The notes beneath the pieces were generated by a model that saw only the letters and a program-made list of their open reading frames with translations, was not told the origin of the DNA and did not search any database. From Trypanosoma brucei (lineage: Eukaryota), in contig AL929603.2 of the NCBI GenBank assembly GCA_000002445.1, positions 320,001 through 384,000 of the forward strand: 64,000 bases of DNA, written 5' to 3'. Every line of letters begins with the position of its first letter. Position 1 is the stretch's first letter. Positions 33,241 to 44,156 of the stretch are shown in pieces. A program made the position numbers and the translations under genes.

Positions 33241-34962
33241 ATGTCAGAGCACTTTAAAAATGTCAAGTCTATGATTGCCAACCTCAGATCTGAAGATCCC
33301 GAGGCGAGGTTAAACAGCATGCGTGGCATTCACGTAATTGCGTCCACACTGGGACCTGAACGAACCCGTGAAGAGTTGCTACCGTACTTGACAGACTATC
33401 TAGACGAGAATGATGAGGTACTGCGGGTCTTCGCCAATGCACTCGGAACGATGCTGCATGAGGTTGGTGGACCAGCTCACGTGCAAAGCATATTGGGCCC
33501 ATTAGAGTTACTGTGTAGTTTGGACGAAGTAACTGTCCGCGATGAGGCGGTCTCATCGTTACAAACAGTTGGAAAGGCTCTATTTTGTGAGACGGGTGAA
33601 GCTGCTGTGCAAGCCAGAAGGGATTTTGTGGGTTTGGTGATGCGGTTGGGCCAGTCCACGCCACAATGTAGATCCAGTGTGACGTACGTAATTGCTACAG
33701 CGTACCCACATGTGGCTGCATCTGTGAAGACGCAGCTTTTCAACCTTTTTATTACGCTCTGTGGCGATGAAGAAATTATGGTGCGCCGCAGCGCATGTAT
33801 TTCGCTAGGGAAGCATATGGCTGGGGTCCCAGATACTCGGAGCTCGGAGCTTCTTAATGCACTCACAAAATTCTCGCGGGATGCAAGCGATGGTGTGCGG
33901 CTTCAGGCAGTCGAAGCGGCTGCGGCGCTTCTCACAGTGCTTCCTCCTGAAACCCATAGCAACATCGTAGGCGCCGTCAAAACCCTCGTGGGAGATGTTT
34001 CCTGGCGAGTGCGGTACATGGCGGCTGATCGCCTTGGCAAACTGGCGGGTGTTTTAGCGCCCCCACACGTAAAGCAAATCATGCCCTTCTTTCGTTTGCT
34101 CACTCAGGATTCTGAAGCAGAGATTCGTGCCTCTGCTGTGTTTAACATGGCTGGGGTACTTGCCGCCTGCCACGACGCCACCTCGAAACGAGAAGTACTT
34201 GCTGGTGGTTGCCGTTTGGTAAGCGACGACAATTCGCACGTGCGCATGTGTCTTGCGAGTGCACTCCTGAAGTCTGTGGAACACGTTCCGGTGGAGATGT
34301 GGAGCAGCACTGTAGTGCCCACTTGCACGCAGTTGCTTACGGACACTGAGGCGGATGTTAGATTGGCCCTCGTTTCTGGGTTTAGCTCTATGGGAAATAC
34401 CGCAGAGGCACGAGAACTAGCTCCCAAACTAATTCCTGTCGTTGTTGCGCTTGCGGAGGACCCGAAGTGGCGCATACGTGAAGTTGTTATATCGCAGATT
34501 CCGCATCTTATTACCTCTCTGGGTAGAAGCGCAGATGAAGTGGTGGAGATCTGCGTGCAGCATCTTGTAGACCGTGTGGCAGCGATACGCGATGCGGCGG
34601 TGCAGTCCTGCTGTTCACTTGTGTCGGAGAGCGGGCTCGCATGGTCCCGTGACACATTGTTCCCGAGGCTTAGTTTAATGGTAACCGCCAACAACTATCT
34701 TCACCGGGTCGCGTTGGCGCACTTCTATGAATCTCTGTCAGAAGTTCAGCAACTTGACCGTACAACGGTCTCACAGCTAGTGCTTCCAATGCTCCGTGTC
34801 CTTGCACGTGATAATGTACCTAATGTGCGACTTAGATGCGCGAGGGCAATTGTAGCGTTCAAGCGGAAGAAAATTCTCTTAGAGTCAGATGCGGAGCCCT
34901 TGCTAAGCCGATTGGTTAAGGACACCGATGTGGATGTGCGTTTTGCCGCCACAGAGAATTAA
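33241..34962 (+). CDS. Protein phosphatase 2A scaffold (A/PR65) subunit built from HEAT repeats
   Basis: 573 aa of tandem ~39-aa HEAT repeats. Examples are LLPYLTDYLDENDEVLRVFANALG, SWRVRYMAADRLGKLA and NVPNVRLRCARAIVAF. Confidence 0.75.
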   Translation: MSEHFKNVKSMIANLRSEDPEARLNSMRGIHVIASTLGPERTREELLPYLTDYLDENDEVLRVFANALGTMLHEVGGPAHVQSILGPLELLCSLDEVTVRDEAVSSLQTVGKALFCETGEAAVQARRDFVGLVMRLGQSTPQCRSSVTYVIATAYPHVAASVKTQLFNLFITLCGDEEIMVRRSACISLGKHMAGVPDTRSSELLNALTKFSRDASDGVRLQAVEAAAALLTVLPPETHSNIVGAVKTLVGDVSWRVRYMAADRLGKLAGVLAPPHVKQIMPFFRLLTQDSEAEIRASAVFNMAGVLAACHDATSKREVLAGGCRLVSDDNSHVRMCLASALLKSVEHVPVEMWSSTVVPTCTQLLTDTEADVRLALVSGFSSMGNTAEARELAPKLIPVVVALAEDPKWRIREVVISQIPHLITSLGRSADEVVEICVQHLVDRVAAIRDAAVQSCCSLVSESGLAWSRDTLFPRLSLMVTANNYLHRVALAHFYESLSEVQQLDRTTVSQLVLPMLRVLARDNVPNVRLRCARAIVAFKRKKILLESDAEPLLSRLVKDTDVDVRFAATEN

Positions 34963-36759
34963 TTGTGATGGGTGTTGGAATGATAAAGCGTCTTTGTTGT
35001 TTCTTTTTGTTATTGGGTGTGGAAGGGAGGCGGGGTGGGACGGGATGGGATGGGACGGAGGAAAAAAAAAAGGTGAGTGTGTTGTGGGCGGTGACGTGAT
35101 AATGTGGTTCGAAAATGAGCTCCATCATCTATCCGTGTCGATATATGCACATCCACACGCATATATATATATTATATTTGTGCATATAGAGTTTGCTACT
35201 CTCCTTCTTTTTTTTTGTATGTGTGTGCCTACGCACAACATACTATTAATCAGATGCCGCGGCCCCCTTTTTTTTAGTTTGTTTTTTCTTTCTTTTACGT
35301 TGTCGGCTTTGTTGATCACTGCAAACTACTCCACAGATAGATATGCACATCTTTAAGCGGCGCCAGGTTCGGGTGTGATTGCGTGCCGTGCTCAGGGGGT
35401 GACGTTTAAGCTGCTGCAGGAAAGTTGAGCGAAGGGATCATACCAAGAAAGGGAAAAGTGAACAGGAAAATAATATATATATATATAAAGAAAAAGAATG
35501 CCCCTATTTACTCACTTTTAAGAAATTTTTTCTGCTCGGTTTTGTCAGTGCATAGAATCGCCCCCTTTTTTTTTTTTTTGCTCCTTCTCACTTTTTTTTC
35601 TCTACGAGCCTCATCCCATTCTTTCTCCCCTTCCCCCCCCCGAACCGTACATGTATGATTTTTGTCCGTTTGTCTTTTCGTCCCCACACCATCCCGCCTA
35701 CTGGCACTGATAACTCGTGATTTGAATTTTGCCGCAATTCGAATGTTTTTTTTGTTTGTTTGTTTGTTTCATTCGGCACCACCTCGGTTGTGGTGGCGAC
35801 AATCTCGCCTCCCCCCCATTTTTTTCTTTTTTTTCTTTTTTTCTTTTTTTCTTTTTTTTCTTTTTTTCTTTTTTTCTCTTTTTTTTTGTGTGTTTTTTTT
35901 GTTTTTTTTTTTACTTTCTCGAGTGTGCGTTTGGACAGGTTCAGTGGATGGCCTTCTCGCGTTTACTGCTCCTGTCGTGGAATTGAGTGCTGCGTTACGT
36001 CATGTTTCAGTGCGTCAATGCATTTATGTGATGGGGAAATAAAGAGAGGTTGAGATCTGCCTCTTCACGGACGCGTTTATGGGTTGTCCTGGGACTTTGT
36101 AAGACACTCTTCAGATATACTGGGGAGTATCGTTATTGTTATCAATTCGTCATTTGAATTGTTTTCTTTTTCTTTTTTTCTTTTTTTCTCTTTTTTTATT
36201 TTTCTCTCTTTTGTGTTTGTTTCTGTTTCTCTTTGTGGCCCTGTGTCGGTGTGTGTTCATGTCTTTTTACACCTTTGTTGCTTTGCCGGGTCAAGTGTAA
36301 GGGTTTTTTTTTCTTTTTCTTTCCCGTCAGTATGGAGGTTGAAGAAAATAGATTCGTTATCTGTTAGAGTTGGTTCTTTCCTTCTGTGTTTTTGTTGTTG
36401 TTCTTGTTTGCTGATATTTGTTTCTAACTGTTTGGCGCCCGGTTTCTGAAAGCGAGAAGAAAAAAAAACACACACAAAGAATTGGGAGAATGATTAAAAA
36501 ATAAAGGAGTGAAAGATGAAAGGAAGAAACATTTTTGTGGGTATTTGCCCCATATGCTGCGTCCGAAAGCATGTTTATATATGCACACCGGCGCTATACA
36601 AGTAGATATATAGTTAAATAAACGTCTATATACATATATATATATATATATGTACTTGTATTCATACATGTAACGGTACTCCCTCAGGCGGAGCTATTTT
36701 ATTGCGATGCAATACAAGACCTATTATACATGTTTTTATTTTATTTTATTTTTTTGCTT

Positions 36760-36935
36760 CTGCCGCTTTATTTTGATTGTCCGTAGGTGTGTCCGCGTTT
36801 TCTCTTCTTTCCTTTTTTTTTCTTCTTTGTTTCCTCCTTCTCCACCTTAGTGCAGCAGTAACACAATCTGTTCTACCTTTTTGATTAGAATCTTTTTTTT
36901 TTTTGTTGTCGTTACGTCCTACTGGTACTTTTCCT
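36760..36935 (+). promoter_or_regulatory. Long polypyrimidine tract, a probable trans-splice acceptor region for the 36937 gene
   Basis: ttgcttctgccgctttattttgattgtcc...ctcttctttcctttttttttcttctttgtttcctccttctccacc...tttttttttttgttgtcgttacgtcct. Confidence 0.4.
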
Positions 36936-36936
36936 C

Positions 36937-37674
36937 ATGCTGGTTCGAACATGGATGTTGCTCAATAGGCCAAAGGGGCCGCAGGGATTACGTCCTGGAA
37001 AAGAGTACCGCTTAACTGTCCCATACAGAAGTGAGGTGACAATGCTTCGCCTTGCAAATCATAAGGCTATTAACTCTAATATACGTGAACTTTTCAAAAA
37101 ACCACTGGTGATGAATAATATTAAAGCCATTCCCCGCGATTTGGGAGAAATTCCGCGCGACTACGTCCTCCGGCTGCTTTTCTTTCATCAGCCCATACGA
37201 CTCGTGGACTTGTGGACGATTTGTAAGGAGCACGATGACGTTCCACTGGATTCGGCGAAACATCTGCGATTAGTATTAAAAATAGCCAAACTTCAACGGT
37301 GGGTGTACGCGGAAAAGAATCAAACGAACAACCTTTACTACTACTACGTGCATCAGAGTAGAATACAAGAGGTACAGCAAATGGTTCGAGCCAGTGAGGT
37401 ACGAAAGAAAGAACAAGAAAGTTTACGGGAAATTGAAGCTGAAAAATTGCGTATGGAAGAGCAAGAACGTCGTAAGGTGGCACTTGACGAGAATATTGTA
37501 GCATTGCAAAATGCGCTCGTTTCAAATATTGCACAAATTCAGGAGTTTGACCCGGGGTTTGCACGATCGAAACCATATGTAACGGAAAGTGGTGCAGTGA
37601 ATGTAGGGTGGGGGTTGAATGATGGAGGTAGCGCTGCATGCAGTAGCGATTTGGATGGGCAGCAAGTGGCATAG
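36937..37674 (+). CDS. Hypothetical protein with a C-terminal coiled coil
   Basis: 245-aa ORF with ATG 36937 after a polyY tract. A KKEQESLREIEAEKLRMEEQERRK coiled-coil segment is present. No family recognised. Confidence 0.4.
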   Translation: MLVRTWMLLNRPKGPQGLRPGKEYRLTVPYRSEVTMLRLANHKAINSNIRELFKKPLVMNNIKAIPRDLGEIPRDYVLRLLFFHQPIRLVDLWTICKEHDDVPLDSAKHLRLVLKIAKLQRWVYAEKNQTNNLYYYYVHQSRIQEVQQMVRASEVRKKEQESLREIEAEKLRMEEQERRKVALDENIVALQNALVSNIAQIQEFDPGFARSKPYVTESGAVNVGWGLNDGGSAACSSDLDGQQVA

Positions 37675-37707
37675 TTACTGAATTCAGTGGCGCAGTTTAT
37701 GCGGAAT

Positions 37708-37710
<3 letters not shown>

Positions 37711-37742
<32 letters not shown>
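37711..37742. repeat. (TA)n microsatellite, about 16 units. The same class recurs at 13119-13147, 13358-13388, 42706-42728, 52361-52390, 61319-61349 and 62380-62413.
   Basis: An atatatat... run lies just downstream of the 36937-37674 stop. Near-identical runs sit in most long spacers. Confidence 0.8.
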
Positions 37743-37744
<2 letters not shown>

Positions 37745-38354
37745 AAAAAAAAATAACAACAACAAAATGACGTCGTATGTGGTTGTTTAATCTGGAAGGT
37801 GCCATCTTCTCCATGTGAGCGATATCTCGGTGGTAGATGTTTCACCTTTTGCAAGTTACTGGGTTCGTGTTAAGTTACCGAGTCGTTTACATCCCGTCAA
37901 ACCTTTTTATGCTTATATCGTTTTGGCAGTGTGTGTGTGTATGTGTATGTGTGCGCAGTCTCCGTAGTCCATAGGTTTGTAGTGCTCAGATAGCGCTTAA
38001 CATAACATATTGTCTTCCTAACTCATTCACTGACTGCGTTTTTGTGTGTTAACTCTGTTTCATCTCGCATCATAGTCATCGTGGTCTTGCTTTTTCTTTT
38101 TTTTCTTCTCGCCCTTTTGTGGGTATTTTGTAAAAACTGAGTGGACCGCTTGAGGGGAACAATTCGCCCCAGCGAGTTAACTGCACCACTAGCAACTAAA
38201 AAAAAAAAAAGAAGAAACGGGTGGGGACAGTGGGCCTAAAACATACAAGTCCTTGAATTTACGCACGTGCGTCGGATTTTTTTTGTTTGTTTCATTATTA
38301 TTATTATTATTTTTCGTGAGCGTGTGCAAGCATCAACATCCATAGATATTTCAG

Positions 38355-38936
38355 ATGTGTGACACAGGCGTTCAGCCACCTCTTGCGGTTGTGGTCCCCG
38401 GAAGCCCCGTTATAACGCAGTTTCAGTGCATTGTTGAAGGTACCAACTGGATTGTACCCTTGGGTTTTGCTCCAGAGAGTATTGTAGTATTTCTCACATT
38501 CCCTACACTATTAAATCCCGGTACCGCACTGGGCATTTATCTCGCCCGAGAGGATGATAGGGCATTTGCATATGTTGGACATTTATCGAATACAGCACCC
38601 AGTGCCATATTGCGTGTTCCATCAACATTTATCAACATTGATTCTCCCGTACGTGTCTTACTGGGAGTCAGCACTGAGCGAGAGGTGGATATTGCGAATT
38701 TAGACGATGCAACAAAACAGCAACAGGAACAAGATAGAGCGGCTACAAAACTGGCCTTATCAGAGCGACTTGCGGAGGATTTGTATAATTTTGTGACTTC
38801 GTACGGCCGGGTGGTGCCCGCGGAGCAAAATGACGGGAAGTCGGAGGAGGCCGTGTTTCTTCCCATGTCATTTGTAGACCGCTGGCGTGAGCGTGTGATG
38901 AAAAGGATGCGGAAGGAACTGGCCTTTTGGAGTTGA
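38355..38936 (+). CDS. Hikeshi/OPI10 (DUF775) family protein, a putative Hsp70 nuclear-import carrier homologue
   Basis: The layout is similar to human Hikeshi. A hydrophobic N-domain (VVFLTFPTLLNPGTALGIYL...PSAILRV) matches it. The C-terminal LAEDLYNFVTSYG...EAVFLPMSFVDRWRERVMKRMRKELAFW aligns with Hikeshi's MLDNFYNF...[26 protein letters not shown]. Confidence 0.6.
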   Translation: MCDTGVQPPLAVVVPGSPVITQFQCIVEGTNWIVPLGFAPESIVVFLTFPTLLNPGTALGIYLAREDDRAFAYVGHLSNTAPSAILRVPSTFINIDSPVRVLLGVSTEREVDIANLDDATKQQQEQDRAATKLALSERLAEDLYNFVTSYGRVVPAEQNDGKSEEAVFLPMSFVDRWRERVMKRMRKELAFWS

Positions 38937-40260
38937 GATGCAAAAAAAAAAGAAAAAGCGGGGGAGGGGAAAATAATAATAATAATAATAATATCGTAAA
39001 GGTGCGAGAAAAGTGAAGGAGGAATCCTTGGGGTCTCTGCAGTTTTGATGTGCGGCCGGGAGATGTATTCATTCCGCCGCTACAACTTCAGTCGCAGTTC
39101 AATGCAGCCGCGGGTGTAGGGGTCGGAGAACTTCTGTGGTTATTTATGTGGCGGGTGGGGACTTCTATTCAGTTATGTGGAGTTCGCCCAACGCTAGCTA
39201 GTGATAGATAATCATTATTATTATTATTGTTATTACTATTACTATTATTATTGTTCTCACCGTGTTACTATTGTTATTATTACGTATTCTCTGAAACAAC
39301 AACTGTTTACAATCCTTTGGACTAATCGATTATTTTTCCGACATACGCTGTTGGATCAGCGTATGTTTAGCTCCTTATTTTCTTCCTTTACATTTAATCT
39401 TGTTGTCTCATGAGCTTTATCTTACATGATTTTTTCCTTCTTTTTTTTGTTAAATATAAAAAAAAATATTTCCACTATTTTTTTTTTTCCAGCAGCTGTG
39501 TACATTGGCTGAACCGCAGTATTTGTGCGAAGATTTAGCCACAGTTACCGAAAAGCGGAAGGGATAATAAAGGCAAAACCAACATATTGACCGCAGCAAA
39601 GGAAATAAAAAAGAACTAGAGTAGAGCCAAAGCGGTTGTGCTGTTGGGGATTGGAAGTGGGCAATCAATCACTGCGCTCGGAGGTTGTTGACGTTAATTT
39701 TTTTCTTTTTTTGGATACCCACAGTGGAAAAATATATATATTAAAAAAAAAAGGAAAGGAAGGGTGGATCAAAGCTGCAACAACAAAAACAACACCGAAA
39801 ACAAAAAACAAAAAATAACTGTGTAAGAGATTAATAAGATAGAAGAGAGGTAAGGGGGAAAATAAAAAATAAAAAATAAAGCACAACCAGTCTACCGTGG
39901 ATTGAGGGAGGGGAAATAAAATTAAAGTTAAAAAAACAAAAAGGGAACAAGAACGGAAAGTTAAAGAAAAAGAAAGAAGGGCAGTACGGAAGGTGGAGAA
40001 CTTAACGAAGAGAAAGAAAAAGGTGACATAAAGTTTTCCCGGTGGACGCGCAGCCGTATTTTCGTGTAAGCGGAAAGTGTGAGTTTGCCACCGTGGCATT
40101 CACGCGTTCACGCATTGTTTTCTGTTATTTCTTTTAGTCGTTGCCTCACTTGTTGTGAGTTTTACTGTTCACTTTCAAGTGCACGCATTGTCGCATATCG
40201 GTGGATATTCATTAGGGTTGGTAAAGTAAACAGCAGCGAAAGGATAGGAACAACTCAGAG

Positions 40261-42252
40261 ATGGGTGCCTTTCCGTCTCATGATGCCCCTGAGCTCATAT
40301 ACTCAATGTTAGTTCTGCGTCCATCGACAAATTCTCAGGTTGAGGTTTGCCTGGTGCCTCTTCTGCCGCGTTTCTTCAATGATGGGCACAAAAAGGCGAA
40401 GAAGAAGCTCAATGAACTTCTCGCCAGCAAAGGAGCGCATCAATCGTCACTAGCGGCGTCACTTGCCCCTCGAGCCCCAGCGACTATAGCTCCAGGGAAG
40501 GTTCCAGATCAGGGAATCGGTCACGCCTTAGTGGACTACTTCATTTCCAGTACGGAGGGATCCTTTTTTGTAACCACAAAGGATGCCGTAGTTAGTAAAG
40601 TGGCCATACAAGCGGAGCAAGGTCAAAGGGAGAGGTCTGACATCAGCACTACTGGAGGAAGATCCGCACCAGGTACCGCCTCCACAGGTGAGACACAACC
40701 CTCCAATGCACCATCTCATACGGCGCATCATTCGTCATCCCACCAGGCAATGTCCAACTCTGTGCGGCCGGTGCCATTTGCCGTTTGTATTGTGGATTCG
40801 GATGTCTCCACGGGAACTCCGGGCACCACTGGAGGGTCCGCACAAGCGGCAGCCGCTAAGCACCATCATGTACATGCCAATAATGTTGTCCTTATCAAAG
40901 GGCGGCGGCTGCAACTTGTTGGCTTTATTGCATGTTGTATGGATCGCCCTGTGCGACACATGACCACGGCAAATCCTGTCAAACCACATGGAGCTAGCGG
41001 TGGGGCGGGAGCAACCTCTGGAGAGGGAAAGAAGCAAGGAATCCCTGTCTGTCTGGATGTTATTTTTGATGATACAGAGGCACATGGGTTCCTTACCGAG
41101 TCTGTAGTGTTGTTGGCATCATTTGCCTTCCGCAAGCAATTCTTGAATTGTTGTGCTCTTCACTTTCGGGCCGGGGATCCCGATGTGGAATCATCATTTG
41201 GGCGCCACATGGACCCCTTGCAGCTTCGACTAGTGATGAGGCATGACAACTATCGCATTTTACGCCTGTTTCATAGCCGGTACCCCCTGTTAGACATGGT
41301 CAAAGAGCTTCGCGTAAGCGGGGGCTCGTCGGCCCCGCAGTTCTCTCTCTATGAAAACGATGGAAATGAGGTTGGTTTAGAAGTGACGTTTGGTATGAAT
41401 TTTTTAACGCGGTGGATGCGGTTTGTGGAGAAGATGATGCACGTTGAGACGGTGGTTGGTAACCACATCCGTTGCGGTACCACCGCCATAATGTCGGAGC
41501 GAGATAAACTAATACAGGAGCGCAGGGACAGTGGCGCATTCCTGGAGGAGGAGGAGGATGATGAGCGAATCTTTGGGGGAGCCGTGTACGCCGTGTCGCT
41601 GAGGCGGTGGACTGCTGCAGAGAAGCAGGCGGTTCAGCAACAACAGCAAGTTCCATTGAGTGGAGCATCTCCCATGTATGTGTATCCCACTACCGCTGCT
41701 CCTGGTCAGTACTGGCCACAGATGTCCGTGATGATGGGGCAACCTCCAGGGTGGCCCACTAGTGTTGTTCCTTTGAGTGCTGCTGCTGCTGCACCGACGG
41801 CCGTGGCACCGGTGATTGGGCAACAACAACCATTTGTTATTCAAGCATCAGGGACGCGACCGCAATTGTACTACGCGTCGCCGCAACCGACTGTAAGTGG
41901 GAACGCCACTTTTGTTACCCAGAGCGGTATTCCGATAGTACAGCAAGCAGCGACGGCGTCTCCATTTGGTGTTGCGGCAACACAACCCGCCTCTGGGCAG
42001 CAGATCGTATACGTCATGCAGGGCGCCCAGGCAACTTCCGCTAGTGTTGCAGCCCCTACAGTTTCGGCTATGGCGCCTGGCATGACTCCTCAAGCATTTT
42101 ATTATCCCCAAACTACCGCCTACGCTGTTCCCTACTCTCCATACGGCTTTCAGCAGCAACCACAGCAACAATTGGTAACACAAGCGACTCATATTGGCAC
42201 TCAACAACAACAACAGCAGGTGACATCGGCGGGGCAAGTAGCTCAACAGTAG
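40261..42252 (+). CDS. Member 1 of a three-gene paralogous family. It has an MGxxxS N-terminus (N-myristoylation-type) and a Gln/Pro/Ala-rich C-terminal low-complexity tail.
   Basis: MGAFPSHDAPELIY... Shared blocks with the 47865 and 54878 genes are PVPFAVCIVDSD, GRRLQLVGFIACCMD and FLTESVVLLASFAFRKQF. The C-terminus is poly-Q/A/P. Confidence 0.6.
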   Translation: MGAFPSHDAPELIYSMLVLRPSTNSQVEVCLVPLLPRFFNDGHKKAKKKLNELLASKGAHQSSLAASLAPRAPATIAPGKVPDQGIGHALVDYFISSTEGSFFVTTKDAVVSKVAIQAEQGQRERSDISTTGGRSAPGTASTGETQPSNAPSHTAHHSSSHQAMSNSVRPVPFAVCIVDSDVSTGTPGTTGGSAQAAAAKHHHVHANNVVLIKGRRLQLVGFIACCMDRPVRHMTTANPVKPHGASGGAGATSGEGKKQGIPVCLDVIFDDTEAHGFLTESVVLLASFAFRKQFLNCCALHFRAGDPDVESSFGRHMDPLQLRLVMRHDNYRILRLFHSRYPLLDMVKELRVSGGSSAPQFSLYENDGNEVGLEVTFGMNFLTRWMRFVEKMMHVETVVGNHIRCGTTAIMSERDKLIQERRDSGAFLEEEEDDERIFGGAVYAVSLRRWTAAEKQAVQQQQQVPLSGASPMYVYPTTAAPGQYWPQMSVMMGQPPGWPTSVVPLSAAAAAPTAVAPVIGQQQPFVIQASGTRPQLYYASPQPTVSGNATFVTQSGIPIVQQAATASPFGVAATQPASGQQIVYVMQGAQATSASVAAPTVSAMAPGMTPQAFYYPQTTAYAVPYSPYGFQQQPQQQLVTQATHIGTQQQQQQVTSAGQVAQQ

Positions 42253-44121
42253 ACAGTGGTGGCACCGCGCAATTTTTTTTTTTTGTGGTAACGCCACACC
42301 TTATGGGTGTTGTTATGTACTTGTTGTTATCCCTATTTATTTATTTTTTTATTTATTTATCACGTGTGAAACGGGGTATTTTTGTCATTGCCCCATAACA
42401 CGTGTGAGTGTAAAGCGGCTGTGGCTCTGATTGTTTGATGCCAACGATGGAACATTTGGTGCGTATGTGGGGGGCAAAAAACAAACAAACAAACAAACAA
42501 ATAAACTAATTAACGGAGTAAATACGGGTGGGTCGAGAGGGTGAAGTGGGCAATCGGTAGGAATGGAAAAGGAAAAGAGACGAAGTACGTTTGTACATGC
42601 AACTTGCTTTCACATCATACCGATTCTCTATCCCCCGTAAATGAACTAATAATATAAATAAAATCATTAAAAAGAGAAGAAGCTAGCCAAAAAAAAAAAT
42701 GATATACATATATATATATATATATATATTTGAGGGGGGGGAAAAAAAAGTATATACATAAGTATATATGTGCGGTGGAGGTAAGTGCGTGTACTTCGTG
42801 TATATGTGTTTGTGTTTGTGTTTGTGTACATGCCCCTCTTCCCTCCCTCCCCCTCCCTCCAAAACAAACAAACAAACAAACTTATATATATTTTAGCTAA
42901 CATTGTTGTGAGTAACGAAGTGAAGGGTGCGAATAACGAATGGCCCGTCGTACAGAAGCGCGTGGAGGGGAGGCATATGAAATATATGATTAAGGGAAGG
43001 AACAGGAAAAGGAAAAGGAAAAGGAGGAGGAGGAGGAGGAGGGAAATAAGAAAAAAAAAGAAAAGGAAAAAAAAATAACTCAATGGTGAGATGTGGCGGT
43101 AATATTTCTGCATTGGCATGGGTGTTTGTGTGCATGTGACAGAGGGTTTAAGGTAAAGTTGCTGTTTTTTTTTTCTTCTGTTTTCTTTTATACAAAAGTG
43201 GAAAGGGACAGGAAGGAGAAATTAGTTTTGTGAGAACACCTGTAACATCCGGGCGCGTGCGTTTGTGTGTGTCTGTTTTGTGCGGAAAACAGAAAAAAAA
43301 AGATAATTGAGGTAAATGCACAAATATCAACTAATGGATATCTCACCATCATCATCATTATCATTACCATTTTCATTAGCAACGTTATCGCCATTTTTGG
43401 TAACACCCTCATTTGTAATGGCAGCTGTTTTCACTCTGAGTTGAGTTATTTCCTCCCTTTTCAATGGCGCATATATTAAAACCGCCGTTGCCATCGCCGT
43501 TGCCGTTGCCGCTATCATCATTGCTCTCTTTTTTTTTCTCTCTCTCTCTCTTTCTCTCTCTCTCTGCTTTTCGTAATGAACATTCCTCAAAATGTGATTA
43601 TAGCTGAATATTCGTGTGCCTTTTACCTCAGTGGGTGTCAAGCTTCCGTCACAAGTAAGAAAGTAAAAAAAAAAGAGAAGGAATACATCACTAATTTTCT
43701 TTTTTTCTTTTTTTTTCTTCTTCTTCTTCCTTTTATCGGGGTGGTGATGTTCACGACTTTCCGAATGTTTCTACTTTTTTAAAAAGAAAAAAAAACAACA
43801 ACAATATTTTATGTTCTTCAATCATGTTCTTTTTTTTTTTTCTCTCTCTCTCTCTCTCCCTCTCATCCTCTTTTTCGTTTGTTTTATCTTCTTTCGTTTG
43901 AATTGCTGCTTCTTCATTTATCCTATCTTCTTGTTTGTGTTTGTTTCGGATTTTTGTTTTGTTTGTTTGTTAAACAGAATCACACTTTTCAGCGGTTATG
44001 CATTTTTGTATCTCATTAAATTTCCTCTTTGTCTCCCTTTTGTCTCTCTTTTTCTTTTCTTTTGAATTTGGCTTCAGTACACACTTTATATTAGAACATA
44101 TCATATTACAAACACATACAA

Positions 44122-44156
<35 letters not shown>

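Noticed and set aside
36945-36960. GGTTCGAAC (tRNA T-loop-like) motif
   Set aside because: It lies at codons 3-6 of a well-supported CDS and lacks an acceptor-stem or anticodon-arm context. No other tRNA-like cloverleaf was seen in the window.
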